Source: Squalus acanthias (lineage: Eukaryota). From it: a stretch of DNA of 64,000 bases. The notes beneath the pieces were generated by a model, which did no database searches, had not been told where the DNA came from, and saw only the letters and a program-made list of their open reading frames with translations. Made by a program: the position numbers and the translations under genes. Of this stretch, positions 40,401 to 53,007 are shown piece after piece. The DNA is taken from positions 8,990,001 to 9,054,000 of the forward strand of contig CM059432.1 in assembly GCA_030390025.1 (NCBI GenBank), read 5' to 3'. Each line of letters begins with the position of its first letter. Within the stretch, counting starts at the first letter, position 1.

Positions 40401-41380
40401 CACAGGAGTAAAATATGTTCAATAGGTTAAAAAGTTATGACAAGACTGGATTTCGTAGCATCGTAGAATCTTCGAAAGAGCCGGCGCAGACTCGATGGGC
40501 CGAATGGCCGCCTTCTATGTTGTACTATTCTATGATTCCACGATGCAGCTTTCCATCAACCCCAGGTTCACCGATGAAAGTTCCTCTCTCTTCCTTCTGA
40601 CTGCACGCAATAGGTTTCAAGAAAATCAATCTCGTTTCTGGATGTGAATTCGCTGTTAAAAAAAAAGATCGCCCAGAATTCAGCGCAATGCCGGCAAACC
40701 TCAGGACAATCGATCATAATGTGGCTAGTGTGGAAACTGTAAAACTACACACTGGTGCAGTGAGGCTGCACCAGTTTTGGGAGGTTGGAGATAAGTCACA
40801 TTGTTCAGACAGAGCTTCACTACATATATCGCTGTGATATATTTGATCTGCGAGCTATTAATGCTGACTCTGGGTGGCCAGACCATAAAAAGCATTCCAT
40901 TCTCTTGCACTAATATATTTCACCCGCCGGGCTTGAAAATTCACCCCGTAATATCGAGATTAAGATAAGGGAATTAAAAATTACATTTTACGATACCAAT
41001 CTAAAATTAGTTAATTGACTTGTCAAATGACTGGTAGGAGGTGATGAGAAATCAGTGCGAGCTGGCTATCAATTAATAGGTTGTGACTGATCAGCAGGAA
41101 GCGTGCTGGTAATTTTATATACCATTGATGTGTGAAGTGGAAAGAAATTGAAAATTGCATTCGAATTTTGAATATGTCCGATCGTGCAGTTGAACAATGA
41201 AACAAAAATGGAAATGGTCGTCTTTCTTACTGATTTAAGACGCAATGCATTGCGTGGCTTTAAGGTAACTCCAAAAAAAAATTGTTGCCACAGGCAATAT
41301 TTGAGTCCGTAATTAATTGTTTTTTTTAAAAAAAGGTAGATGATTCAGATAACCTCAGTCTAAAAATTACTGGTGGTGAT

Positions 41381-41543
41381 CAATGTTCCCTCTAATTTTT
41401 AATTTTAGTGCGCCGTCCCTTTAACTGGGTGCGCGGCCCAGTCACAATTTCGGGCAAGCGCGGTTTCTTCCCTGTAGAAGCCAGTGAGCGGCCTGCGCGG
41501 GACATCCAGACTGTTGCGGCCACGCAGCTTAGCGGGAACGTTG
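41381..41543. mobile_element. hAT-like MITE
   Basis: TIR caatgttccctct...agcgggaacgttg with exact 8-bp TSD gtggtgat. Confidence 0.88.
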
Positions 41544-41699
41544 GTGGTGATATTAGATGGTGAATACTTCATGCAGTAATACGACTTCTGTCTTTATCTT
41601 ACATAAATTAATCTTGTACAGCGATTCCATATTAGTGTAAAATATCATTACCTAGAGCCAAACTGTGAATAATCTATTTGGAGGACCTGTTATTTTTTT

Positions 41700-42025
41700 T
41701 AAATTTGTTTTTATGGGATGTGGGCGTCGCTGGCAAGGCCAGCATTTATTGCCCATCCCTAATTGCCCTCCAGAAGGTGGTGGTGAGCCGCCTTCTTGAA
41801 CCGCTGCAGTCCGTGTGGTGAAGGTACTCCCACAGTGCTGTTAGGGACGGAGTTCCAGGATTTTGACCCAGCGACGATGAAGGAACGACGATATATTTCT
41901 AAGTCAGGATGACGTGTGACTTGTCGGGGAACTTGGAGGTGGTGGTGTTCCCATGCGCCTGCTGCCCTTGTCCTTCAAGGTGGAAGAGGTCGCGGGTTTG
42001 GGAGGTGCTGCCGAAGAAGCCTTGC
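41700..42025 (-). mobile_element. 'family B' LINE 3' fragment
   Basis: Matches 31130-31450. Confidence 0.85.
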
Positions 42026-42157
42026 CCAACGTATTATTAGTGAGTAATTTATGTAATGCTTTTCACATCCTCAGGACGTCCCAAAGTGCTTCACGGGCAA
42101 TGAGTTGGTTTTAAGGTGTAGTCACGTTTTTTATGCAGCTATCAATTATTTCCCAGT

Positions 42158-42580
42158 GTCAGCTGTGGCTCAGTGGGCAGCACTCTCCGCTCTGAGTCAG
42201 AAGGTTGTGGAATCAAGCCCCACTCCAGAGACTTGAGCCCAAAAATCTAGGCTGACACTCCAATGCAGTGCTGAGGGAGCGCTGCACTGTCGGAGGTGCC
42301 ATCTTTCAGATGAGACGTTAAACTGAGGCCCCGTCTGCTCTCTCAGGTGGATGTAAAAGATCCCATGGCACTATTTCGAAGAAGAGCAGGGGTGTTATCC
42401 CCGGTGTTCTGATCAATATTTATCCCTCAATCAGCATCACTAAAACAGATTATCTGGTCATTATCACATTGCTGTTTGTGGGGAGCTTGCTGTGTGCAAA
42501 TTGGCTGCCATGTTTCCTACATTAGAACAGTGACTACACTTCAAAAGGTATTTAATTGGCTGTTATGTGCTTTGGGACGT
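42158..42580 (+). mobile_element. Deu-SINE (SacSINE1-like)
   Basis: gtcagctgtggctcagtgg head and Deu core. Confidence 0.85.
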
Positions 42581-43169
42581 CAATTAAAGTCATCTTACAC
42601 ACTACATACCAACGATTCCCAACGCGACAGGCACGTTCTCAAACACCCCACAAGACTGTCGCTAACACACTTTCTCTGCTGGAGAGGGTCGCACACCATC
42701 TGCGCCATGAGGCTGCCTCCGGAGGAGGAGGCAGAGCCTGCCTGCACACCCTCTCCCCTGTGGAAGAAAGCATGCTGGCCGTCACGGGCAGCGGGAGAGT
42801 CGCGAGCGGCAAGGCTGGAGGAGACATCGGGCAGAGCCTCTTCTCTTAGCTTTATCCTCTTTTTTCCCTTCTCACCTCCATCTCTCCCCACGCTCTTTGC
42901 GTGGCAAACTGCAGCGGCCTTCGCCAGCCACTTCTTCCTCTGCCCTGCCTTTTCACGAAAAGCAAACCCTTGTCCCTCTCTCTTTCATTTCAGGTGCTGA
43001 GAATGTGGCGAGATGTCCTGCCACATCAGGAAGAGGAGGCTAGACTTCCAGAAGATGCTCCTACTTCACTTTTCAAAGTCAATTTTTGTGACCTTTATTG
43101 CAATGAATGACTCAAACTAGCATTTTTCCATTCCTTGCTCAATTACAAAATCGTCCTTTTCCTTTTTGC

Positions 43170-43620
43170 ATAGAATTACATATCATTTACAGCACTGAAT
43201 CAGGCCATTCGGCCCAACTGGTCTATGCCGGTGTTTATGCTCCACATGAGCCTCCTCCCACCCCGACTTCATCTCACCCTATCAGCATATCCTTCTATTC
43301 TTTTCTCCCTCATGTGTTTATCCAGCTTCCCCTTAAATGCATCTATACTATTCGCCTCAACCACTCCCTGTGGTAGCGAGTTCCACATTCTCACTACTCT
43401 CTGGGTAAAGAAGTTCCTCCTGAATTTCCTATTGGATTTATCGCTGACTATCTTATATTTATGACCCCTAGTTTTGGACTTCCCCCCACAAGTGGAAACA
43501 TCTTCACTATGTCTACCCTATCGAACCCCTTCATAATTTTAAAAACCTCAGTCAGGCCACACCTCAGCCTTCTCTTTTCAAGAGAAAAGAGCCCCGGCCT
43601 GTTCAATCTTTTCTGATAGT
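43170..43620 (-). mobile_element. CR1 3' fragment
   Basis: LFSLEKRRLR...FFTQRVVRMWNSLP on the minus strand. Confidence 0.85.
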
Positions 43621-44509
43621 CCTCGAAAGATTCTGCGGATTCATCATTCATTCTGCTTGGTGATGTACATTTCATGTTGTTACACAGAGAAGCTCAGCCT
43701 TACGGTTTCAGTTAAGAGGTGAGTTCAAGCTGCAAAACATTAACTTGCTTTCCTGAAGATGCATTTACCGTACAACTGCGTCAGTAGCTCCAAATGTAGC
43801 AAGACTCCTTTTTCCTGTTTCCGTCTGATTAATATCGCACAATTCCAAAATAAGTTCAATAAATCTTAATTTTTAATGATCACTTCAGTCAAAATGAAAT
43901 GTTATAATTTCAGTTCTAGGTTAAGTACAAATTCTAATTAAACTGCTCGAAACGTGTTGCACAAGCAAGCCATGAATATTTTGATGGGTTCAAGGTGTAT
44001 TTAATGACTGCAAATTAATGCTGTGCGTTGGCCACGATAGACATTAAAAATTCTCAACTGATCTTCACTGAGATAATGATAAGCTGCATTAGGGGATCAA
44101 ACCTAACTGACAGAGAGAGGAAGCAAGCGGCAAACCCATATGACCATATCGAGGTACCTCGCAAGAGGAGAGCCGCAGTCACATTAGCTCGTTAATTATC
44201 AGGCAGGTGCTGGTAGACTGTGTTAATGGGCTCGGTTAAAGGTCGAGGGATTTTTTTTTTTCCCTGTCACTTCCTTCATTTGGTTATTCAATATTTCGCA
44301 CCATCAGCAGATTTATTGCCATTCGTCGCGGATTTGGTCACCCGCAGATGAAAAGATTATTCTTTTCTTCCTCCTTATTGCTTTTATCATAGCAAGGAGC
44401 AGGAAAGAAAACAGGGAGGCCTTGCTTACAATTGCTAGCTCATAAAAAAAATCTTCACCGTGCATAATCCAGGAATGAGGTTCTGAGAAAGGTTGCCTGA
44501 TGTTTCTGA

Positions 44510-45045
44510 CCTCTCTGGCCTCGGCCTCCTACACTGTTGCAATGAAGCTCAACGTAAGCTCGAGGAACAGCAGCTCATCTTTCGACTAGGCACTTTGCAG
44601 ATTTCCGGATTCAACATTGAGTTCAACAACTTCAGACCATAACCTTGTCCCCAGTTTTTCGCACAGCAGGTGCTGATTCTGCTATTCCCATTTACACCTC
44701 TTCTGGATCCATCTTTTCTTCTTTTACTTGTCCCATTACCATCTCCTTTTGCCTCGCACCATCATCCCTTTTGTCATTTAATCTCTCCTGCCATCCACCC
44801 CATCACAGAACTTCCCTTTTGTTCGTTCCTCCCCTCGCCCCCACCCCCCCCCTTTCCCTGCCTCTGTACTTGCTTAAAACCTGTTACGTTACATCTCCAA
44901 CTTTTTCCAGTTCTGACGAAAGGTCATCGACCCGAAACGTTAACTCTGTTTCTCTCTCCACGGATGCTGCCTGACCTGCTGAGTGTTTCCAGCATTTCCT
45001 GTTTTTATTTCAGATTTCCAGCATCTGCAGTGTCTTGCTTTTGTG
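44510..45045 (+). mobile_element. Penelope-like element 3' portion
   Basis: EAQRKLEEQQLIFRLGTLQ, pyrimidine-rich 3'UTR, hammerhead and terminal motif. Confidence 0.85.
44909..44945 (+). ncRNA. minimal type I hammerhead ribozyme motif
   Basis: agtt-CTGACGA-aaggtc atc gaccc-GAAAC-GTT-aact. Confidence 0.7.
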
Positions 45046-45156
45046 CCTGATGTTTCTTCCACTTGTGGCTTCTAACTCCTTCGAGCACTGGAACATCAAG
45101 TCACTGTGCTTCCGTGTCAACTTCCGCAAGACAAATCCAATATATCTTATAGTCAT

Positions 45157-46395
45157 CAAAGCAGAAAATGCTGGAAACACTCAGCAGGTCAGGCAGCATC
45201 TGTGAAGAGAGAAACAGAGTTAACGGGCCATAATTTGCTGTGGCAGAGTACACAACAGTGTTTGCCGTTAGTTAGACTTGCCCTTGCATGTACAGGGTTT
45301 TTAAAAAAGTTTTGCCCTGAAAGTGCGAGCTGATAACGGCGCAGCAAGGGGAAACTGGGCATCAGGGACCTGAGTCAACAGGACACGCAACTGTGTATCT
45401 CCTGAACCAATCAGATCGATGGATTGAGAAATAAACAGCGCAAGGACTGAGAAGGAAGTGTAAATTAGAGTGGGTGAATTCCATGTTAAATCAGGTACAG
45501 AAAGAGAAATAAAGAGAGGGAAAGAAAGGTTGGATTAAGAGAGAAAGAGAAAAGAGACAGAAAGAAAAAGTTTTTTAAAAAATTCTAAATTTAACATTTT
45601 TAAAATCTCCAATAACTATTAAAACCTGAAGGAATGAGACTCCACACTTGTAATAGTTAATTTTTAGTGTCAGCGAGGTTGATTAGTAGTAATTAATGCT
45701 CATCACGTCTTTAAAAAGGGTACTTAGGCTAGAATGGACAAGACTTAACTTTCTGTGGCGAATTTAGTTTGTATTTACTGTGCAAGCACAGTAACTTTAG
45801 GCCATTCAAGACACTTCAATGGGGAGTGAGACAGCGAGATGCCATTTTCACAAAGCTAACGGTTGGAGTGGCGCAACTCGGACTGCAACTTCTGGATTTC
45901 CGCTTATTACTGCGCATCTCCGCTCGCCTGAAGTCGCCGTGGCATTTGCGCATAAATGATGGCAAGCGCCGTTAGCCTCGCCGTTGTTTTGACAGCAAAT
46001 TCTGGACTATTGTTTCAGGTCGATGATCTTTCATCAGAAGTGGAAGAAGTTAGAGATTTAACAGTTTTTAAGCAAGTGCAGAGCCAATGAAAAGGGGGAA
46101 GGAAAGAACAAAGGGAAGGTCTGTGATAGGGTAGAAGACAGGAGAGATTAAATGACAAAAGGGATAATGGTGCGAGGCAAAAGGAGATGGTAATGGGACA
46201 AATCAAGAACCATAAGATGGGTTCAGAGGAAATGTAAATGGGAATATCAGAATCATTAGCAACAACTGCCATCTGAAAAAATGGGGGCAGAGGTTAGGAA
46301 CTTAAATTGTTGAACTCAGTGTTGAGTCCAGAAGGCTGTAAAGTGCCTAATCGAAAGATGAGGTGCTGTTCCTCAAGCTTCCATTGAGCTTCATA
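45157..46395 (-). mobile_element. Penelope-like 3' portion interrupted by a MITE
   Basis: 45157-45224 and 46012-46395 rejoin into the Penelope end. Confidence 0.8.
45225..46008. mobile_element. PIF/Harbinger-type MITE
   Basis: gggccataatttgctg ... cagcaaattctggact inverted ends; aac/att flanks. Confidence 0.75.
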
Positions 46396-46709
46396 TTTTA
46401 TAGTTACCTGACCTGCAAAGTTTTTATAACAAACAAAACAAGCATTTTCGATGGTCCCAATTTTATTCACTAGCCGTGATCAAATCACATAACTATGTGA
46501 GGATAATAAAAACAGAAAATGCTGGAAATACTCAGCAGGTCAGGCAGCATCTGTGGAGAGAGAAACAGAGTTAACGTTTCAGGTCGATGCAGGAAAGAAC
46601 AAAAGGGAAGGCCTGTGAGAGGGTGGAAGGTAGGACAGATTAAATGACAAAAGGGATGATGCTGGAAGGCGAAAGGGGATGGTAATGGGACAAGTAAAGA
46701 TACAAAAGG

Positions 46710-47441
46710 AAGGACAGAGGATCAGAGGGACCTTGGTGTGCATGTACATAGATCCCTGAAGGCAGCAGGACAGGTAGATAAGGTGGTTAAAAAGGCATAT
46801 GGGATACTTGCCTTCATTAGCCGAGGCATAGAATATAAGAGCAAGGAGGTTATGATGGAGCTGTACAAAACGCTAGTTAGGCCACAGCTGGAATACTGTG
46901 TGCAGTTCTGGTCGCCACACTATAGGAAGGATGTGATTGCATTGGAGAAGGTGCAGAGGAGATTCACCAGGTTGTTACCTGGGCTGCAGCGCTTCAGCTA
47001 TGAAGAGAGACTGGACAGGCTGGGGTTGTTTTCCTTAGAGCAGAGAAGGCTGAGGGGGGACTTGATTGAGGTGTACAAAATTATGAGGGGCATAGATAGG
47101 GTAGATAGAAAGGAACTTTTCCCCTTAGTAGAGGGGTCAATAACCAGGGGACATAGTTTCAAGGTAAGGGGCAGGAGGTTTAGAGGGGATTTGAGGAAAA
47201 ACTTTTTCACCCAGAGGGTGGTTGGAATCTGGAACTCACTGCCTGAAAGGGTGGTAGAGGCAGGAACCCTCACAACATTCAAGAAGCATTTTGATGAGCA
47301 CTTGAAACGCCATAGCATACAAGGCTACGGACCAAGTGCTGGAAAATGGGATTAAAATAGACAGGGCTTGATGGCCGGCGCAGACACGACGGGCCGAAGG
47401 GCCTCTTTCCGTGCTGTATAACTCGATGACTCTATGACTCT
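46710..47441 (+). mobile_element. CR1 3' fragment
   Basis: ORF 46738-47355; (ctatgact)n tail. Confidence 0.9.
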
Positions 47442-47952
47442 AAAAGATGGGTCTAGAGGAGGTGATAGGCGATCGGAAGCTTGGGGTCACACTTGCGAAC
47501 TGAACGGAGGTGTTCCACAAAGCAGTCAGCCAATCTTCCGGTCGCCTGTCATTTTAATTCCCTGCCTCACTCCCACTCTGACCTCGGCCTCCTATGCTGT
47601 TCCAATGAAGCTCAAAGCAAGCACAAGGAACAGCACCTCATCTTTCGTTTAGGCACTTTACAGCCTTCTGGACTCAACAATGAGTTCAACAATTTCAGAT
47701 CATAACCTCGGCCCCCATTTTTTCGGACGGCAACTGTTGCTGATGATTCTGCTATTCCCATTTACACCTCCTCTAGACCCAGCTTTTGTTTCTTTACTTG
47801 TCTCATTGCCATCTCCTTTCGCCTTGCACCATCATCCCTTTTGTCATTTAATCTCTCCTGCCTTCTACCCTATCACAGACCTTCTTTACTCCCCTCCCAG
47901 CTTTCCCTGCCTCTACACTTGCTTAAAACCTGTTACATCTCTAATGTTTTCC

Positions 47953-47989
47953 AGTTCTGATGAAAGGTCATCGACCTGAAACGTTAACT
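47953..47989 (+). ncRNA. minimal type I hammerhead ribozyme motif
   Basis: agtt-CTGATGA-aaggtc atc gacct-GAAAC-GTT-aact. Confidence 0.75.
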
Positions 47990-49015
47990 CTGTTTCTCTG
48001 CACAGATGCTGCCTGACCTGCTGAGTGTTTCCAGCATTTTCAGGTTTTGTTTTCAGATTTCCAGCATCCGCAGTATTCTGCTTTTTGTACGTGAAGATAA
48101 TAGTTCTGTTTGGACCAAGACACTAAACAACAATCTCTGCAATAAGGTTGTTGCCAAAATGATTATTGTTAACGGGTGAATTAAGTAATTATGATGAAAA
48201 TTATAATCACCAATCTGTTTCAGAATCCATCCTGAGCACTTTAACACAAACTCTACAAAGACAGTAGTCAGAAGGTGATTACATATGTTTGTAGGTGATT
48301 CATCATCAATATTTAAATATTTAGTTAACTCAAACATTAAAAATGTCATTACTTCCCAGAAACTTGCTTAGCTTATTACAGCGGATTAGGAGGATGTATT
48401 TAGGAGCATTTCTCGTACGGTATTATGTGATTTTTGTTTTTCTTGTTTTCCATTTTACGAATTCTGTGTTCATCAATAAAGGATTGTTAGTGCTAGCGAC
48501 TATGCACCGTGTCAGCATCAGGAGCCCCTCAGGACAAGCATCTCACGGCTCTCTGAGTAAAGCTCTCTGAGTTTTAATTGCCAACTATGCACCACAAGCC
48601 CCAAGAACAACAACCCGTACTGCACCAGTACAGGATGAGATTGCCAATTTAATGCCAATTAGTGCCATATTAGGGTAGCTTTATGCTACTGGGCCCTGGC
48701 CGACTGGGAATTGGCTTGATACAGCCCAACCTCGTCTTCCGTGACGCTCCAACAACTCGTCGAATGAAAATACCCGCATCCCAGGGGCTTGGGCTAGATT
48801 TTAACTCCGAGACGATAGGTCAGTATCTAATCCATTGAACAATGCGCATCGTTTTTTACTCTTTCTATTTTCCTGAAGGTGTTAATTCCCACCGGGGTAC
48901 GGATTTGTAGATTTAGCCTGTCCTCTCAAGTGCTCATTCTTCATGGATGTGCTCAGACAGTCAGTTTTAACTGGCTATTCGACTGCAGTGGCAGTGCCCA
49001 ATTCTGGTCTCACCT

Positions 49016-49757
49016 CAGGTTGCCAAAGTCGGAGGCAATAATTAGCGCCAGGCGCTAAACTTTGCGCCCGGCCAATAATTGCGCCCCAAACGGGGCGATA
49101 CCAAATTTCTCCCCCTTGGTTCACCACCATTTTCGGTATGCTTTTTGTGTCTTCTACTGCGAAGACAGATACAAAATATTTGTTTAACGTTTCTGCTATT
49201 TCCTTATTCCCCATAATAATTTCTCATGTCTCAGCATCTAAGGGACCAATGTTTACTTTTGCTACTCTTTTCCTTGCTAGTCTTCTCTCATATTCTATTT
49301 TTTCCCTTTTTATCAATTTTTTGGTCAACCTTTGCTGGTTTCTGAAACTCTCCCAATCATCGGGCTTACTATTACTCTTCGCAACATTATAAGCTTCCTG
49401 GAGACTCCAGGCCATTGAAGAGTAATCTACTGTGAGCAACACCGGAGAAAAATCACTGGGGCATTAAAAATAAATTGTGGGATTTTCTGTTTCGTTTTCT
49501 TTGATCGCGTTTCGATTGTTAGTTATAAAAATATTGGAGATGAAAAAAAAACCCGTCTGTTTGACTGACAGTCAAGAATCGTCCAATCGGGTGACCGAGT
49601 CTGTTCGCTTTCCGATTGGCCGTGGGAAGGCGCTGCACCGCGAAGGTGGAGGTGTCAGGCGACCAATGGCGGGAGCGTGTGGGGGCGGGGCAGTTGGAGG
49701 TGGGAGGTCATGTGACGAAACCTCCAGGAATGCATCCAATCAGAGCTGGCAACCCTG
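49016..49757. mobile_element. hAT-like MITE carrying a 370-bp captured inverted duplication
   Basis: caggttgccaa ... ctggcaaccctg ends; gtctcacc/ttctcacc near-8-bp TSD. Confidence 0.6.
49027..49397 (-). repeat. inverted duplication of 50654-51024
   Basis: Reverse complement aligns throughout, including the CR1/MITE junction. Confidence 0.92.
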
Positions 49758-49824
49758 TTCTCACCTGGCGTCCGCACGTGCGCAGGCTCTAGCATGGGTC
49801 GCCGGACAGTCAATCGGAGCAGGA

Positions 49825-49855
49825 CCTAACCCTAACCCTAACCCTAACCCTAACC
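49825..49855 (-). repeat. interstitial telomeric repeat, ~5 x TTAGGG
   Basis: cctaaccctaaccctaaccctaaccctaacc. Confidence 0.85.
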
Positions 49856-50935
49856 TGAGCCGATGATACTCTTTCCTGGCTCAGCAAAGGTCGTCCTCAT
49901 TATCACCCTAAGGTGCATGCATTGGAGATCGAATGAGGGACCTTCATGGCCTGTGGAACTCAGCTGCACGCCAGGAAACGTATTTACCAGTCAAACCATT
50001 GGGGAGCCGCAGCGCGATTTTTTTAATAAACAATTGAACCTGACGACATAACCAATGACAGGTAACAAGGCAAGTAATTCATAGGATTACATACGGCACA
50101 GAAACAGGCCATTCGGCCCAACCAGTCCATGCTCCACTCGAGCCTCCTCCTGTCTTTCCTCATCTAAATCTAGCAGCATAACCCTCTATTCCCTTCTCCC
50201 TCATAGGCTTGTCCAGCCTCCCCTTAAATGCATCTATACTATTCGCTTTAACCACTCCCTGTGGTAGCGAGTTCCACATTCTCACCACTCTCTGGGTAAA
50301 GAAGTTTCTTCTGAATTCCCTATTGGATTTCTTGGTGACTATCTTATATTGATGGCCTCTAGTTATGCTCTTCCCCACAAGTGGAAACACTCTCTCTGTA
50401 ACCACTCTATCAAAAAACTAGAGTCATAAACTTAAATAAAGCCAATTACATAGGTATGAGGGGCGAATTGGCTAAGGTAGATTGGAAAAATAAGTTATAA
50501 GGTATGGTGGTAGATAAGCAGTGGCTAGCATTTAAAGAAATATTTCATAATTCTCAACAAAAATACATTCCATTGAGAAACAAAAACTCCACGAGAAAAG
50601 TGATCCAACCGTGGCTAACTAAAGACGTTAAGGATAGCGTAAGATTGAAAGAAGAAGCTTATAATGTTGCAAAGAATAATAGTAAGCCCAAGGATTGGGA
50701 GAGTTTCAGAAACCAGCAAAGGTTGACCAAACAATTGATAAAAAGGGAAAAAATAGAATATGAGAGAAAACTAGCAAGGAAAAGAGTAGCAAAAGTAAAC
50801 ATTGGTCCCTTAGATGCTGAGACATGAGAAATTATTATGGGGAATAAGGAAATAGCAGAAACGTTAAACAAATATTTTGTATCTGCCTTCACAGTAGAAG
50901 ACACAAAAAGCATACCGAAAATGATGGTGAACCAA

Positions 50936-51803
50936 GGGGGAGAAATTCAGTATCGCCCCGTTTGGGGCGCAATTATCGGCCGGGTGCAAAGTTTAGCGCC
51001 TGGCGCTAATTATTGCCTCCGACTGCAAACTTGGCTTCTATCGCCCCTGGAGGTGATTGGAGCACTACATCAGGCGCTACACACCTCTCTTAAGGCACTA
51101 ACGTGGAGGAGTGAAGCGCTACCTCAGAGCGCTGGCGAAGCTCATGTGATGTCAGTCAGCAATGGAACACAGACACACTGGCGCCGGCCAGTTCTTAAAG
51201 GGGAGGGTCGATCTTGCTCTCCATCCACACCCTGCTCATAGCAGCCTTGAACCTCGGCCTGGAGAGACCTGTACATCAAGTCTGCTGGAAAGAACAATGG
51301 AGAGGCACGGGGAAAGAGCTCAGAGTGCAGCCCCCATAGTCTCTTCTAAATCGATGCAAGGAAGGTCAAATCAAAATGAACCTGCAAAGTGCTGCTCAGT
51401 ACCCAAAACTCTTTCACTCAATGCGTTGAATCTCTCTCTCTCTGAATGCGTAGTGCAAAAATGTCGCCGACAAAAAATGGCAGGAAGTGGTCGCCTTTAA
51501 ATAGCGCTCCCCCAGTTCCTTCCTGACTGCAAAACGCTTCCTTCAACCTGTCATTGCTAGCAGCAGGCGGTAAGGCAGGGGGTGCCACTCAATATCCGGT
51601 CCGGGGCGTTGCACGCTCGACTGACGTCACGATCTGCAGGCGCAGGAGATTGTGGTGGTAGTGTTTAGCGCCGCCGCAAAATGTCTGGTCAATTTCGCGA
51701 GTGGCGCAAACATCGCCGCGCCCAGGCACTAGTTGCTTTGCGCCCAATTAGCGCCCTCTTAAGGCGCTAATGGGAGGCGCAAAGCAACCAAATTTTTCCC
51801 CCC
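50936..51803. mobile_element. PIF/Harbinger derivative
   Basis: ggggagaaatt...aatttttcccc TIR; ~3-bp TSD within ccaag; subterminal similarity to 4401-5933. Confidence 0.8.
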
Positions 51804-52249
51804 AAGGGTCTAATGAGGGTGAGGAACTTAATGTAATTAATATAAGTAGAGAAAAAGTACTAGAGAAACTAATGGGACTAAAAGCCGACAAATCCCCTGG
51901 ACCTGACGGCCTACAACCTAGGGTTCTAAAAGAGGTGGCTGAAGAGATAGTGGATGCATTGGTTTTGATCTTCCAAAATCCCCAGATTCTAGAATGGTGC
52001 CAGCAGATTGGAAGGTTGCAAATATAACACCGCTATTCAAGAAAGGAGGGAGAGAAAAAACAAGGAACTACAGGCCAGTTAGCCTGACATCAGTCGTCAG
52101 GAAAATGCTGGAATCCATTGTTAAGAAAGTGGCATCAAGTCACTTAGAATATCATAACATGATTAGGCAGAGTCAACATGGTTTTATGAAAGGGAAATCT
52201 TGTTTGACAAATTTATTAGAGTTTTTGAGGATGTAACTAGCATGGTAGA

Positions 52250-53007
52250 TAATAGACTTGGAGAAGGGGAAGTGCAACGAGACCTGGGTGTCCTTGTGCA
52301 CCAGTCGCTGAAGGTAAGCATGCAGGTACAGCAGGCGGTTAAGAAGGCAAATGGTATGTTGGCCTTTGTAGCGCGAGGATTCGAGTACAGGAGCAAGGAT
52401 GTCTTGCTGCAGTTGTACAAGGCCTTGGTGAGACCACACCTTGAGTATTGTGTGCAGTTTTGGTCACCTTATCTGAGGAAGGTTGTTCTTGCCATGGAGG
52501 GTATGCAGCGAAGATTCACCAGACTGATACCTGGGATGGCAGGAATGACGTACGAGGAGAGATTGGGTCGATTGGGCTTATACTCGCTGGAGTTTAGAAG
52601 AATGAGAGGCGATCTCATTGAAACTTACAAAATTCTAACAGGGCTAGACAGACTAGATGCAGGAAGGATGTTCCCGATGGCGGGTGAGTCCAGAACAAGA
52701 GGTCACAGTCTAAAGATAAGGGGTAAGCCATTTAGGACAGAGATGAGGAGGAATTTCTTCACCCAGAGAGTGGTGAACCTGTGGAATTCTCTACCACAGA
52801 AGGCAGTTGAGGCCAAGTCAGTAAATATATTCAAGAAGGAGTTAGATATATTTCTTAAGGCTAAAGGTATCAAGGGATATGGGGAGAAGGCAGGGACAGG
52901 GTACTGAGTTTAGGATGATCAGCCATGATCTCATCGAATGGCGGAGCAGGCTCGAGGGGCCAAATGGCCTACTCCTGCTCCTATCTTCTATGTTTCTATG
53001 TTTCTAT
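52250..53007 (+). mobile_element. younger CR1 3' fragment nested in CR1
   Basis: Very similar to 20016-20765; ataa duplicated at both junctions. Confidence 0.9.

Larger units (their letters stand above)
46505..48088 (+). mobile_element. Penelope-like element with inverted terminal-repeat copy (pLTR), split by CR1
   Basis: 46505-46710 plus 47442-47465 is the inverted terminal part; 47490-48088 reads PVACHFNS..H...EAQSKHKEQHLIFRLGTLQPSG followed by 3'UTR. Confidence 0.8.
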
